Virus record (IMG/VR): IMGVR_UViG_3300048905_000034
Location: 1 to 63,250 of that record
Length of the DNA: 63,250 bases
Reading direction: 5' to 3' (one strand)
From: a virus
Shown: positions 23,738 to 30,665 of the stretch, piece after piece
How positions within the stretch are numbered: position 1 is the stretch's first letter
Layout: each line of letters starts with the position of its first letter
Position numbers and translations under genes: made by a program
The notes under the pieces: model-generated
Databases searched by the model: none
The model's input: only the letters and a program-made list of their open reading frames with translations
What the model was told of the DNA's origin: nothing

Positions 23738-24023
23738 GTACAAGGACGGCGATCCCACGACTGAACGGGTCATCGAGGGCGCACCGAAGGACGTGCTGGA
23801 AGTCTTCTCTGCACTGATAACGGGCCTCGCCACGACTACCACCCGGGCGGCGACGTGCATCGCAGACGCGGAGAAGTCCCTGCCCCAACTCCCCATCGGT
23901 GCTGGCATCACTGCCATACCGAACGGCACACACTGCATCACCATCCACCGGCTGGTCGAGGGCATCAAGAACAGCCCGGTGCCTGCGCAGTGGCGTAACT
24001 CCGCAATGGGCACGCGCCCGTAG
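23715..24023 (+). CDS. hypothetical protein, 102 aa
   Basis: ATG after AGGAGGGCC. Confidence 0.6.
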   Translation: MTRYKITEYKDGDPTTERVIEGAPKDVLEVFSALITGLATTTTRAATCIADAEKSLPQLPIGAGITAIPNGTHCITIHRLVEGIKNSPVPAQWRNSAMGTRP

Positions 24024-24067
24024 CGCATCAAGCTCCGGCGAGACAGGTCTGTCTCGCTGGGATAGAG

Positions 24068-24118
24068 GTCCGTGCAGGGGAGATTTCGGTTGGTAGCCGT
24101 CCCTGCACGGACTTTTTT
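24068..24118 (+). terminator. canonical intrinsic terminator with the conserved loop TTTCGGTTGGTAGCC
   Basis: 12-bp stem gtccgtgcaggg / ccctgcacggac, then TTTTTT. Confidence 0.85.
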
Positions 24119-24139
24119 ATGTCATGTCATGAAGAATGG

Positions 24140-24168
24140 TCTACACATGGGAAGCCATAAGGTAGACT
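24140..24168 (+). promoter_or_regulatory. possible SigA-type promoter
   Basis: TCTACA - 17 nt - TAGACT. Confidence 0.4.
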
Positions 24169-24244
24169 TATACAGAGTGATCCGGTGGTGGTCATGCGCA
24201 AGGCATGGCAACCACCCCACACCATTAGAGGAGCAACACACACC

Positions 24245-24535
24245 ATGACTAGGAAGCTGGTCGGCAAACTTCCGCCGCGCGCATCCCGTGGCGAGGACTA
24301 TGACTGGGACGGCGCTGCGAGGCTTGCGGCCAACCACCCCACTGAGGCAGTCCTCGCCGCAGAACACGTACCCGAATCGCGTGTGAAATCCGTTCGCGGT
24401 TACACACGCTCCCCGTTCCACACCGCAACGGGACACATCGCCGTCGCCGTCAGAAACTCTACGGTCGAAGCAGACGGTATCCGCTACGGCGACGTATACT
24501 TTACATGGCAAACCAACGAGGAAGAGGGCATCTAA
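24245..24535 (+). CDS. hypothetical protein, 96 aa
   Basis: ATG after AGAGGAGCAAC. Confidence 0.6.
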   Translation: MTRKLVGKLPPRASRGEDYDWDGAARLAANHPTEAVLAAEHVPESRVKSVRGYTRSPFHTATGHIAVAVRNSTVEADGIRYGDVYFTWQTNEEEGI

Positions 24536-24538
24536 CCT

Positions 24539-25069
24539 ATGGCTTTACCTACCACCTTCGGAGAGTTCCGAGTAGTCGGTGATCCGAAGTTGAACTACAC
24601 AAAGGACGGCGGCATCCCCGTCGCCAACGTTCGGCTTGTGTGTAACGCACGCAGGAAGGACGCTCAGGGCGGATGGGAGGATGACCCCGACAAAGTTCTG
24701 TGGGCCAATGCCACCCTTTGGCGCAAGCCTGCGGAGAACTTGGTGAACTCCGTCCGCGATAAGGACCTCGTCCATGTCGTCGGCACCTTCTATGAGCGCC
24801 ACTTCGAGCACCAAGGCGTGAAGCGTACGTCCATTGAGATTGATGCGGTCAGCATCAGCCCCTCCCTGACGTTCCGCGCCACTCCCCACAGTGACCAACA
24901 GCAGGGCGCACAGCCCGCGCAGGGCGCACCGCAGGGACCGGCGGGGGGCTGGCCGAACAGCCAGCCGCAGGCTCCGTACGGACAGCCACAGAGCCAGCCA
25001 GCCTACGCCCAGCAGGGCGGACAGCAGGGTGGATGGCCTGAGCAGCCGTACCAGCAACCCCCGTTCTAA
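24539..25069 (+). CDS. ssb: single-stranded DNA-binding protein
   Basis: OB-fold N-terminal pattern, Gln/Gly/Pro-rich linker, C-terminal ...QQPPF tail. Confidence 0.85.
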   Translation: MALPTTFGEFRVVGDPKLNYTKDGGIPVANVRLVCNARRKDAQGGWEDDPDKVLWANATLWRKPAENLVNSVRDKDLVHVVGTFYERHFEHQGVKRTSIEIDAVSISPSLTFRATPHSDQQQGAQPAQGAPQGPAGGWPNSQPQAPYGQPQSQPAYAQQGGQQGGWPEQPYQQPPF

Positions 25070-25089
25070 CCAGTTGGTCGACCAACTCC
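25070..25089. repeat. PAL20 copy (2 mismatches)
   Basis: ccagttggtcgaccaactcc immediately after the ssb stop. Confidence 0.8.
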
Positions 25090-25129
25090 AAACCACATAA
25101 CCCACACACAAGTAGGAGACGCACTACCA

Positions 25130-25405
25130 ATGACGACTGAGACGCTTGAAGCAACCGCCGCTACGACCGGGGAAGGCGTAGAGGAAAACCTTCAGCAGAG
25201 GAAGAACCGCCTGCGCAATGAGGCCGAGCGCGAAGTCCTCAACAAGCACCGCGACGAACTGAACCAGATCACGGAGGCGAAGTTCGTGGAGCAGGGCCTG
25301 CCCTACACCCGCCGCCTGACGGAGCGTGAGAAGGCGCAGAAGAAGATCGAGGAAGTGCTCAACGAGCATCCCGAACTGCGCGAGGTGTACTCTGCCCAGC
25401 AGTAG
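25130..25405 (+). CDS. hypothetical coiled-coil protein, 91 aa
   Basis: RBS GTAGGAGAC. Confidence 0.65.
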   Translation: MTTETLEATAATTGEGVEENLQQRKNRLRNEAEREVLNKHRDELNQITEAKFVEQGLPYTRRLTEREKAQKKIEEVLNEHPELREVYSAQQ

Positions 25406-25414
25406 CCGGACATG

Positions 25415-25447
25415 ACGAAGGCCCCGTGTTTTAGACGGGGCCTTCGT
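25415..25447 (+). terminator. terminator-like hairpin
   Basis: acgaaggccccgt - gttttag - acggggccttcgt (13-bp stem); no 3' T-tract. Confidence 0.6.
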
Positions 25448-25461
25448 GCTCGGAACAACTT

Positions 25462-25472
25462 GGCTACCAACC
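25462..25472 (+). repeat. GGCTACCAACC motif
   Basis: 15 nt after the hairpin, in the 210-bp non-coding gap. Confidence 0.8.
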
Positions 25473-25660
25473 CTGAATGAACCGAATTTACCAGCAGTTC
25501 GTAGGAGCAAGGCTCACTAGAGGATCTTTCCGGTACTCCTAATTGTACCGGTTTTGCACAGCATTAGTACAACAGGAGGACACTTTGCAAGACACCACAG
25601 ATGCCCTATGGGGGGCACATCTGATGGCCAGCTACTACATGCACATGGGTGCGTGACTAG

Positions 25661-26413
25661 GTGTCATGGTTCAAGGTAGACGACCGGCTTCATTCGTCCC
25701 GCAAGCTCCTGAAAATCCCCCGCCGGTACCGGCTGGCATGCCTCGGCCTGTGGACAATGGCCGGGTCATGGAGTGCCGATCAGGAGACGGACGGGCACAT
25801 CCCCGACCACATGATCGAGGAGTGGGGAGCCTCCAAAACCCAAGTCGAATGGCTACTGAAGTCAGGTTTGTGGGAGTCCATCCCCGACGAAGATCAAAGT
25901 TACCCGGGGGTAACCGAGGCCGAAGTCCGATTTAGAAATTGGGCCGAGTACCAGCCCACGAAGGCAAAGAATGAACATACCCGAGAGAAAAACCGCGAGA
26001 AGCTGCGGCATTGGAGGGAACGTAACCGGGTTACAGATGAAGATGTAACCGGGTTACAGGATGGTTCGGACCCGGTTAGTAACCCCGCCCCCGTCCCGTC
26101 CCGTCCCGACCCGTCCCGTCCCGTCCATAAAGACTCGTCCAAAACGGACGAGGAGTTCGACCAGTGGTACTCCGGCTACCCCAAGAAGGAAGCCAAGGCT
26201 GCTGCGAAGAAAGCTTTCGCCACAGCGCGGAAGAATGTGGACTTTGATACACTTATGGCTGGGCTTGAGAGGTATGTGAAGTCAGTGAAGGGCAAAGACC
26301 GGCAGTACATCGCACTCCCTGCGTCATGGCTGAATGCCGGACGTTGGGAAGATGAGTTGGTCGCCCAACTGCCGGGGCCAAAGAATGACCCGTACTGGTG
26401 GGCTAACCAGTGA
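25661..26413 (+). CDS. replication initiator / replisome-organizer-like protein (DnaD-like C-terminus)
   Basis: GTG start; 250 aa; directly upstream of and overlapping the helicase gene; C-terminal KKAF..A...........PASWLNAGRWED pattern. Confidence 0.6.
   Translation: MSWFKVDDRLHSSRKLLKIPRRYRLACLGLWTMAGSWSADQETDGHIPDHMIEEWGASKTQVEWLLKSGLWESIPDEDQSYPGVTEAEVRFRNWAEYQPTKAKNEHTREKNREKLRHWRERNRVTDEDVTGLQDGSDPVSNPAPVPSRPDPSRPVHKDSSKTDEEFDQWYSGYPKKEAKAAAKKAFATARKNVDFDTLMAGLERYVKSVKGKDRQYIALPASWLNAGRWEDELVAQLPGPKNDPYWWANQ
25899..26084. repeat. cluster of GTAAC/GTTAC dyads inside the initiator gene (candidate origin)
   Basis: gttacccgggggtaac 25899-25914; gtaaccgggttac 26022-26034 and 26045-26057; ggttagtaacc 26074-26084; then (GTCCC)n 26092-26126. 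Confidence 0.55.
26353..26372. repeat. PAL20 copy, opposite-polarity (C) variant, degenerate
   Basis: tgagttggtcgcccaactgc; in the CDS, read as ELVAQL; 38 nt before GTG 26410. Confidence 0.75.
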
Positions 26414-27663
26414 GCACACTGACGCCTGACGAGTACGTGCTGGGCGCGTGCATGCTGGATCAGGGTGCGGTGCGTACGGCGGCGAACATCATTGGCCCCG
26501 AGGACTTCTGGTCACACGTCCACGGCGGGATGTTCCGGGCCATGATGAAGCTGGCATCCGATGGTGAGGTCATCGAACCCATCACGGTCCTGACACGGGC
26601 GCAGGAGGACGGCGTCCGGGGCGTGGAAATCACGAACCTGTTCAGGATGCTGGAGGGTACGGGGTCGGCGGCATCGGTGGAGTTCTACGCCGAGCAGGTC
26701 AAGGCAAACGCTGACCGGCACCGGTTGAAGTCCATCGCCACGAAGCTGATGCGCGAGGCCAGCGACCCGGCGTGGAAGCCAGCGATGGCGGCACAGTCAG
26801 CATCGGAGGGTCTGAAGAATCTTCAGGCCGGTGGCCCCCAGCGCATGCGGACCAAGACGCTGGAAGAGATTCTGGCTGACCCCGAGGACCACGACTGGCT
26901 GATCCCCGATCTGCTGGAACGGGGCGACCGGCTCATCATCACCGGCTACGAGGGCGGCGGCAAGACGACGTGGATCAGGCAGTTGGTCCTGTGCATGGCG
27001 GCTGGCATCCACCCCACCACGCTCAACCGGCTCGACAAGCCGCTGACCGTGCTGGTGGTGGACGCGGAGAACACCGAGTCCCAGTGGCGGGCGCAGACCC
27101 GGGGCATGGTGACCAACATGCGCCGGATGTCCGGGGTCAACCCGGCGGTATCCATTCATGTCCACGCGAGGGGAAGGATCGACATAACCAAGGACGCAAC
27201 ACTCGGAGAGATTCACCGGCTCGTGGACGAGCACGAGCCTCATGTGCTGGCCATCGGACCCATCTACAAGCTGGTGTCCACCGGCATCAACAACGACACG
27301 GAAGCTGCGCCGGTCATCACGGCGCTGGACTCCCTGCGTGACCGTGGGCTGGCCCTCATCATGGAGGGCCACTCGGTCAAGCCGAACGGACAGACGGGCC
27401 ACCGGGACCTTTCCCCGCGTGGTTCCGCAGCCCTGATGGGATGGCCCGAGTTCGGGTTCGGCATCACCCTCCCCGACCCGGAGGGTGACCCGAGCCTCCA
27501 CCGGATTGTGCGCTGGCGTGGCGACCGCGACACGGGGCGACAGTGGCCGCGTGACCTACGGCGGGGCGGACTGCTCCCTTGGACAGGGGACACCGTCAGC
27601 CGTGGGGCACAGAACCACATCAACAACGTGCAGGCGCAGGACCACTACGCCGCCTACAACTAA
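26410..27663 (+). CDS. dnaB: DnaB-like replicative helicase
   Basis: DnaB N-terminal domain pattern (EYVLGACMLDQGAV...PEDFWSHVHGGMFRAM), Walker A GYEGGGKTT. Confidence 0.8.
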   Translation: MSTLTPDEYVLGACMLDQGAVRTAANIIGPEDFWSHVHGGMFRAMMKLASDGEVIEPITVLTRAQEDGVRGVEITNLFRMLEGTGSAASVEFYAEQVKANADRHRLKSIATKLMREASDPAWKPAMAAQSASEGLKNLQAGGPQRMRTKTLEEILADPEDHDWLIPDLLERGDRLIITGYEGGGKTTWIRQLVLCMAAGIHPTTLNRLDKPLTVLVVDAENTESQWRAQTRGMVTNMRRMSGVNPAVSIHVHARGRIDITKDATLGEIHRLVDEHEPHVLAIGPIYKLVSTGINNDTEAAPVITALDSLRDRGLALIMEGHSVKPNGQTGHRDLSPRGSAALMGWPEFGFGITLPDPEGDPSLHRIVRWRGDRDTGRQWPRDLRRGGLLPWTGDTVSRGAQNHINNVQAQDHYAAYN

Positions 27664-27677
27664 GTGCTACCAGCCCA

Positions 27678-27697
27678 GCAGTTGGGCGACCAACTGC
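27678..27697. repeat. PAL20 copy, G-variant
   Basis: 14 nt after stop 27663, 17 nt before ATG 27715. Confidence 0.9.
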
Positions 27698-27714
27698 CGA
27701 ACGAAGGAACTGAA

Positions 27715-28173
27715 ATGACACGTGCAATCGTGATCCCAAACGACGGAAGCAAGCCCCTCCAGTGGGCCGACCACCCGGAGGGGGACTACAAGAACATGAC
27801 CGCCCTCGTCTTTGACGGCGACCGCGACGGCGGCACCTACTCCCTGTCCACCATCGGCCAAGGCGACCGGCAAGTCTCCATGTGGTACGACGACGAAGGA
27901 CTGTTCCGGCTGGATCAGGGGGAGAAGCTACCTGACATCATCAACCTGCGGGCGATGGAGCTATGGGCTTCCGTCTTCAACGAGGGCGAGGACAGGGACA
28001 TGGGCATCTTCGACTTCGTGGTCCCCCTCGTCGGCACCTACGTCATCACCGGGCCGGAGGATGGCGAGGGCAATTCCCTCGACGCCCCGGATTGGGTGAT
28101 GAACTTTCCATTCACTTGGCATGAGAAGTACGTCGTCGTCGACAAGGACGAAGAGGAACAGGAGAACCCATGA
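27715..28173 (+). CDS. hypothetical protein, 152 aa (DUF3846-like)
   Basis: RBS GAAGGAAC; pattern IVIPNDGSKPLQ...MWYDDEGLF. Confidence 0.5.
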   Translation: MTRAIVIPNDGSKPLQWADHPEGDYKNMTALVFDGDRDGGTYSLSTIGQGDRQVSMWYDDEGLFRLDQGEKLPDIINLRAMELWASVFNEGEDRDMGIFDFVVPLVGTYVITGPEDGEGNSLDAPDWVMNFPFTWHEKYVVVDKDEEEQENP

Positions 28174-28421
28174 ACGGCAACCCCCACGCAGCGAATGTCC
28201 TCGAAGGCATCCAGCGCATCGAGGGCATGATCGGCAGGCGCGAGCTTTACCAGCGCGACGGGCAGGGGATCATCCTCGAAGCACAGAGCAGGATGGCTAT
28301 GGCGCACGAACTCCGCACCCAGAACCTGCTGAGCTTCATCGCCACTGTGCCGATGACCGATGACAGCTACGCGCTCATCGTGGAGGACCTGAAGGGGCGG
28401 CTTGGTCATGGCGATCATTGA
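28170..28421 (+). CDS. hypothetical protein, 83 aa
   Basis: Track ORF; ATGA overlap. Confidence 0.6.
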   Translation: MNGNPHAANVLEGIQRIEGMIGRRELYQRDGQGIILEAQSRMAMAHELRTQNLLSFIATVPMTDDSYALIVEDLKGRLGHGDH

Positions 28422-28620
28422 GATAACCGGCGACATGATCGCCCGCTCCAAGCACATCGGGCTGGGCGATCCATGCGTCATCTGCGGCGGGAAGTTCGGG
28501 GTGGAGTTCGGCACCAAGGACGCCTGCCCCCACACACAGGACGAAGTTGCCGGTGTCCTAGCGAGGATCAAGGCCATGTCCCCGAAGCGGCGCGAAGCCT
28601 TACGGAAGGGGTTGGGGTGA
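28408..28620 (+). CDS. hypothetical Cys protein, 70 aa
   Basis: ATG 28408; CVICGG...C.H. Confidence 0.5.
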   Translation: MAIIEITGDMIARSKHIGLGDPCVICGGKFGVEFGTKDACPHTQDEVAGVLARIKAMSPKRREALRKGLG

Positions 28621-28991
28621 CGGAAGGTATCGTCGCCAGCAAGCGAGAGGCTGAGGTTTACGCTCTGCTTGCCACGCACACCACGAAGGGCCTCACCGTG
28701 CGTGAGGTGGAGGACTGGCTGGGCATCGGGCACGGCCCGGCGTCCTCCGCTCTCTCGATGCTCCACCGGTCTGGTCGTGTGGCCAGACTGATGGAGCGCC
28801 GCAGGGGTCAGCGGGTGTACGTGCTGAGGGGCTACGTCGCGGGCCGGGAGGAAACCTCCTCCCGGCCCCGGCGGTCCCAGCCCCACCCCAAGCACATGAC
28901 CAAGGATCAGGTGATGGCCGTGATGATGGACGTGGGCGTGCCGGAGGAGTCGTACCCGGACATCCGCAAAGTCCTGAACGCGCTGCCATGA
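28617..28991 (+). CDS. winged-helix (MarR-like) DNA-binding protein, 124 aa
   Basis: GTGA overlap; EAEVYALLATHTTKGLTVREVEDWLGIGHGPASSALSMLHRSGRV. Confidence 0.5.
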   Translation: MTEGIVASKREAEVYALLATHTTKGLTVREVEDWLGIGHGPASSALSMLHRSGRVARLMERRRGQRVYVLRGYVAGREETSSRPRRSQPHPKHMTKDQVMAVMMDVGVPEESYPDIRKVLNALP

Positions 28992-29194
28992 GCCACAACC
29001 CACGCGGCTGGTGCTCGAACAGGGAGTGCATTTGCTGGACGAAGCCGAACACCACGCCCTGCCATGAGTGGCAAGGGCACCGGGGAACGTATCGAAAGAA
29101 CGACATGGAAACGTGGCACGCAAAGTTCTGCGCGTACTGCGGGTTCGAGCGGAAGGATCACCGCCCGCTGATCCACAACGGGGGTAAGCCATGA
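28988..29194 (+). CDS. Cys/His-rich protein ending LIHNGGKP, 68 aa
   Basis: Track ORF; cassette at 29168-29194. Confidence 0.6.
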   Translation: MSHNPRGWCSNRECICWTKPNTTPCHEWQGHRGTYRKNDMETWHAKFCAYCGFERKDHRPLIHNGGKP

Positions 29195-29415
29195 TGGCGG
29201 GTTCTTACTCAGTCCGGTCAGCCAACGATGTGTTGGAACTGATCCGCGACGTGATGGTGGAGGACAACCGGTTCTTCATCCTGCTGGCCAAGCACCTACA
29301 GATCAGCCAGAAGCACCTGAGCCAGATCATGACGGGGAACGCGAAGCTGTCGGCGCAGCGCATGTTCGACATCCTCGAATACCTCGAACTGAATGTGTGG
29401 GTGGAGCGTCGGTGA
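29191..29415 (+). CDS. XRE-family HTH protein, 74 aa
   Basis: LAKHLQISQKHLSQIMTGNAKLS helix-turn-helix. Confidence 0.65.
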   Translation: MMAGSYSVRSANDVLELIRDVMVEDNRFFILLAKHLQISQKHLSQIMTGNAKLSAQRMFDILEYLELNVWVERR

Positions 29416-29852
29416 AGGTGCCGAGCCGGGGACCCAACAGCCCGTTCTCCAGTGGAGGCCGGACGCTGTTGGCCCGGACGTGCATCGCCTGCGGGAAGCT
29501 CGCGGACGGTGAGAGCTTCCCAACCCTGAACCGGGGCACCCCCAACGAGGCCCGCCGTAAGGTGTGCCACGACTGCTTCAACGCACGAAAGAAGCGGGAC
29601 CGGGAGGAGCGGGGAATTGGTCGCCCAACTGCCCGCCCGCCGGAGAACCTGCAGACCAGCGCGTACCGGCAGTGGTCGGTGGAGGATGACCAACGGATGC
29701 GCGACCTCATAGCTTCGGGCACTCCCTACGAGGACATCGCGGTGGCGCTGGGCCGGTCCCTGCGTGCCGTCTACAAGCGCCGCAGCATCCTTGGCATCAG
29801 CCGGGTCCGCCCGAGCCATAGGGTCCGCCAGCCGTGGAGGATCGAGCAATGA
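29412..29852 (+). CDS. zinc-ribbon plus Myb/SANT-like DNA-binding protein, 146 aa
   Basis: CIACG...CHDC N-terminal; WSVEDDQRMRDLIASGTPYEDIAVALGRSLRAVYKR C-terminal; PAL20 lies in the linker. Confidence 0.5.
   Translation: MKVPSRGPNSPFSSGGRTLLARTCIACGKLADGESFPTLNRGTPNEARRKVCHDCFNARKKRDREERGIGRPTARPPENLQTSAYRQWSVEDDQRMRDLIASGTPYEDIAVALGRSLRAVYKRRSILGISRVRPSHRVRQPWRIEQ
29613..29632. repeat. PAL20 copy, opposite-polarity (C) variant, degenerate
   Basis: ggaattggtcgcccaactgc read as IGRPTA. Confidence 0.7.
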
Positions 29853-30154
29853 GCGCGATCCCTACCGCTGCCCGGGACAAGGTGTGGGAGCGGCAGAACC
29901 GGCAATGCGCCCGGTGCGGGGGACGCGGCTACCAGATACACCACCGTCAGCGCAGGCGTGAGGGCGGGCATGCTGTGGGCAACCTCGTGGGGCTGTGCAG
30001 ATCGGATCACGAATGGGTCCACAAACACCCTGACAGGGCGAAGATGGACGGCTACATTGTCCCCATCAGTGTGGATGATCCGTCAGCAATTCCGATTCTC
30101 ACGTTCATGGGGTCGGTGCTATTCGACGACGACGGGGGCATCCACTTCGTGTGA
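29849..30154 (+). CDS. HNH endonuclease
   Basis: CARCGG...IHHR...GH..GNLVGLCRSDHEWVH. Confidence 0.8.
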   Translation: MSAIPTAARDKVWERQNRQCARCGGRGYQIHHRQRRREGGHAVGNLVGLCRSDHEWVHKHPDRAKMDGYIVPISVDDPSAIPILTFMGSVLFDDDGGIHFV

Positions 30155-30235
30155 AATGGGAGTGGTGCCCCCAATGTGAATTACATGGGCGCTGTGCCAG
30201 ACCGGCACCGTCCTTATCGAGAAGGGATCAACCGT

Positions 30236-30337
30236 ATGAATGAACTGCTGTTGCACAAGGACTGGTGCTGCTACATGACCGGCGGCTTCCACGGCAAGGA
30301 CTCGGGAGCTAACTGCTGCTGCGGGGCGGGCCACTGA
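30236..30337 (+). CDS. Cys-rich micro-protein, 33 aa
   Basis: MNELLLHKDWCCYMTGGFHGKDSGANCCCGAGH; RBS GAGAAGGGA; the stop overlaps the next ATG. Confidence 0.45.
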   Translation: MNELLLHKDWCCYMTGGFHGKDSGANCCCGAGH

Positions 30338-30561
30338 TGACAATGCCGCGCAGGTTCTTCACCAGCCTTGCCGCTAAGTACGACAAGCTGCGGCCACCGG
30401 CCAACACCCCGGAGTATGACCTCTGGATAGCCATGGTGGCAGGAACAGTGACCACCATTCAGGGTGAGTGGCAGTCCTTCAACCGTGACAGGTTCTTCGA
30501 CGAGGCGACGGGGAACAAGAAGAAAACGACCGGCGTACCGCTGGGTACTTCGGCACGGTAA
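30337..30561 (+). CDS. hypothetical protein, 74 aa
   Basis: Track ORF. Confidence 0.55.
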   Translation: MTMPRRFFTSLAAKYDKLRPPANTPEYDLWIAMVAGTVTTIQGEWQSFNRDRFFDEATGNKKKTTGVPLGTSAR

Positions 30562-30570
30562 GGAATGTCA

Positions 30571-30603
30571 GGGGTCGGGTAGATGATGTTTCTACCCGGC
30601 CCC
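30571..30603 (+). terminator. terminator-like hairpin
   Basis: ggggtcgggtag - loop - ctacccggcccc (one G-U); no T-tract. Confidence 0.45.
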
Positions 30604-30653
30604 GGGCGTTGTCCGCCATTTGGACGGATGTAACGAATTGGCAAGATATGGGA

Positions 30654-30659
30654 TATAAT
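30654..30659 (+). promoter_or_regulatory. -10 hexamer TATAAT placed 6 nt before ATG 30666 (leaderless geometry)
   Basis: tataat agatat ATG; same spacing as at the RHH gene; the -35 is poor. Confidence 0.4.
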
Positions 30660-30665
30660 AGATAT

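Noticed and set aside
24088-24100. The loop GGTAGCCGT resembling the conserved 16S rRNA 3' segment (..AAGGTAGCCGTACC..), suggesting rRNA mimicry or leader-rRNA pairing
   Set aside because: The match is only ~9 nt, recalled from memory, and the 12908 loop lacks the GT extension. I cannot verify it here, so I make no claim.
29191-29415. The XRE-type HTH gene as an immunity repressor of a lysogeny module
   Set aside because: No integrase, excisionase or divergent cro-like partner was found anywhere, and the gene sits mid-operon. I called it only a DNA binder.
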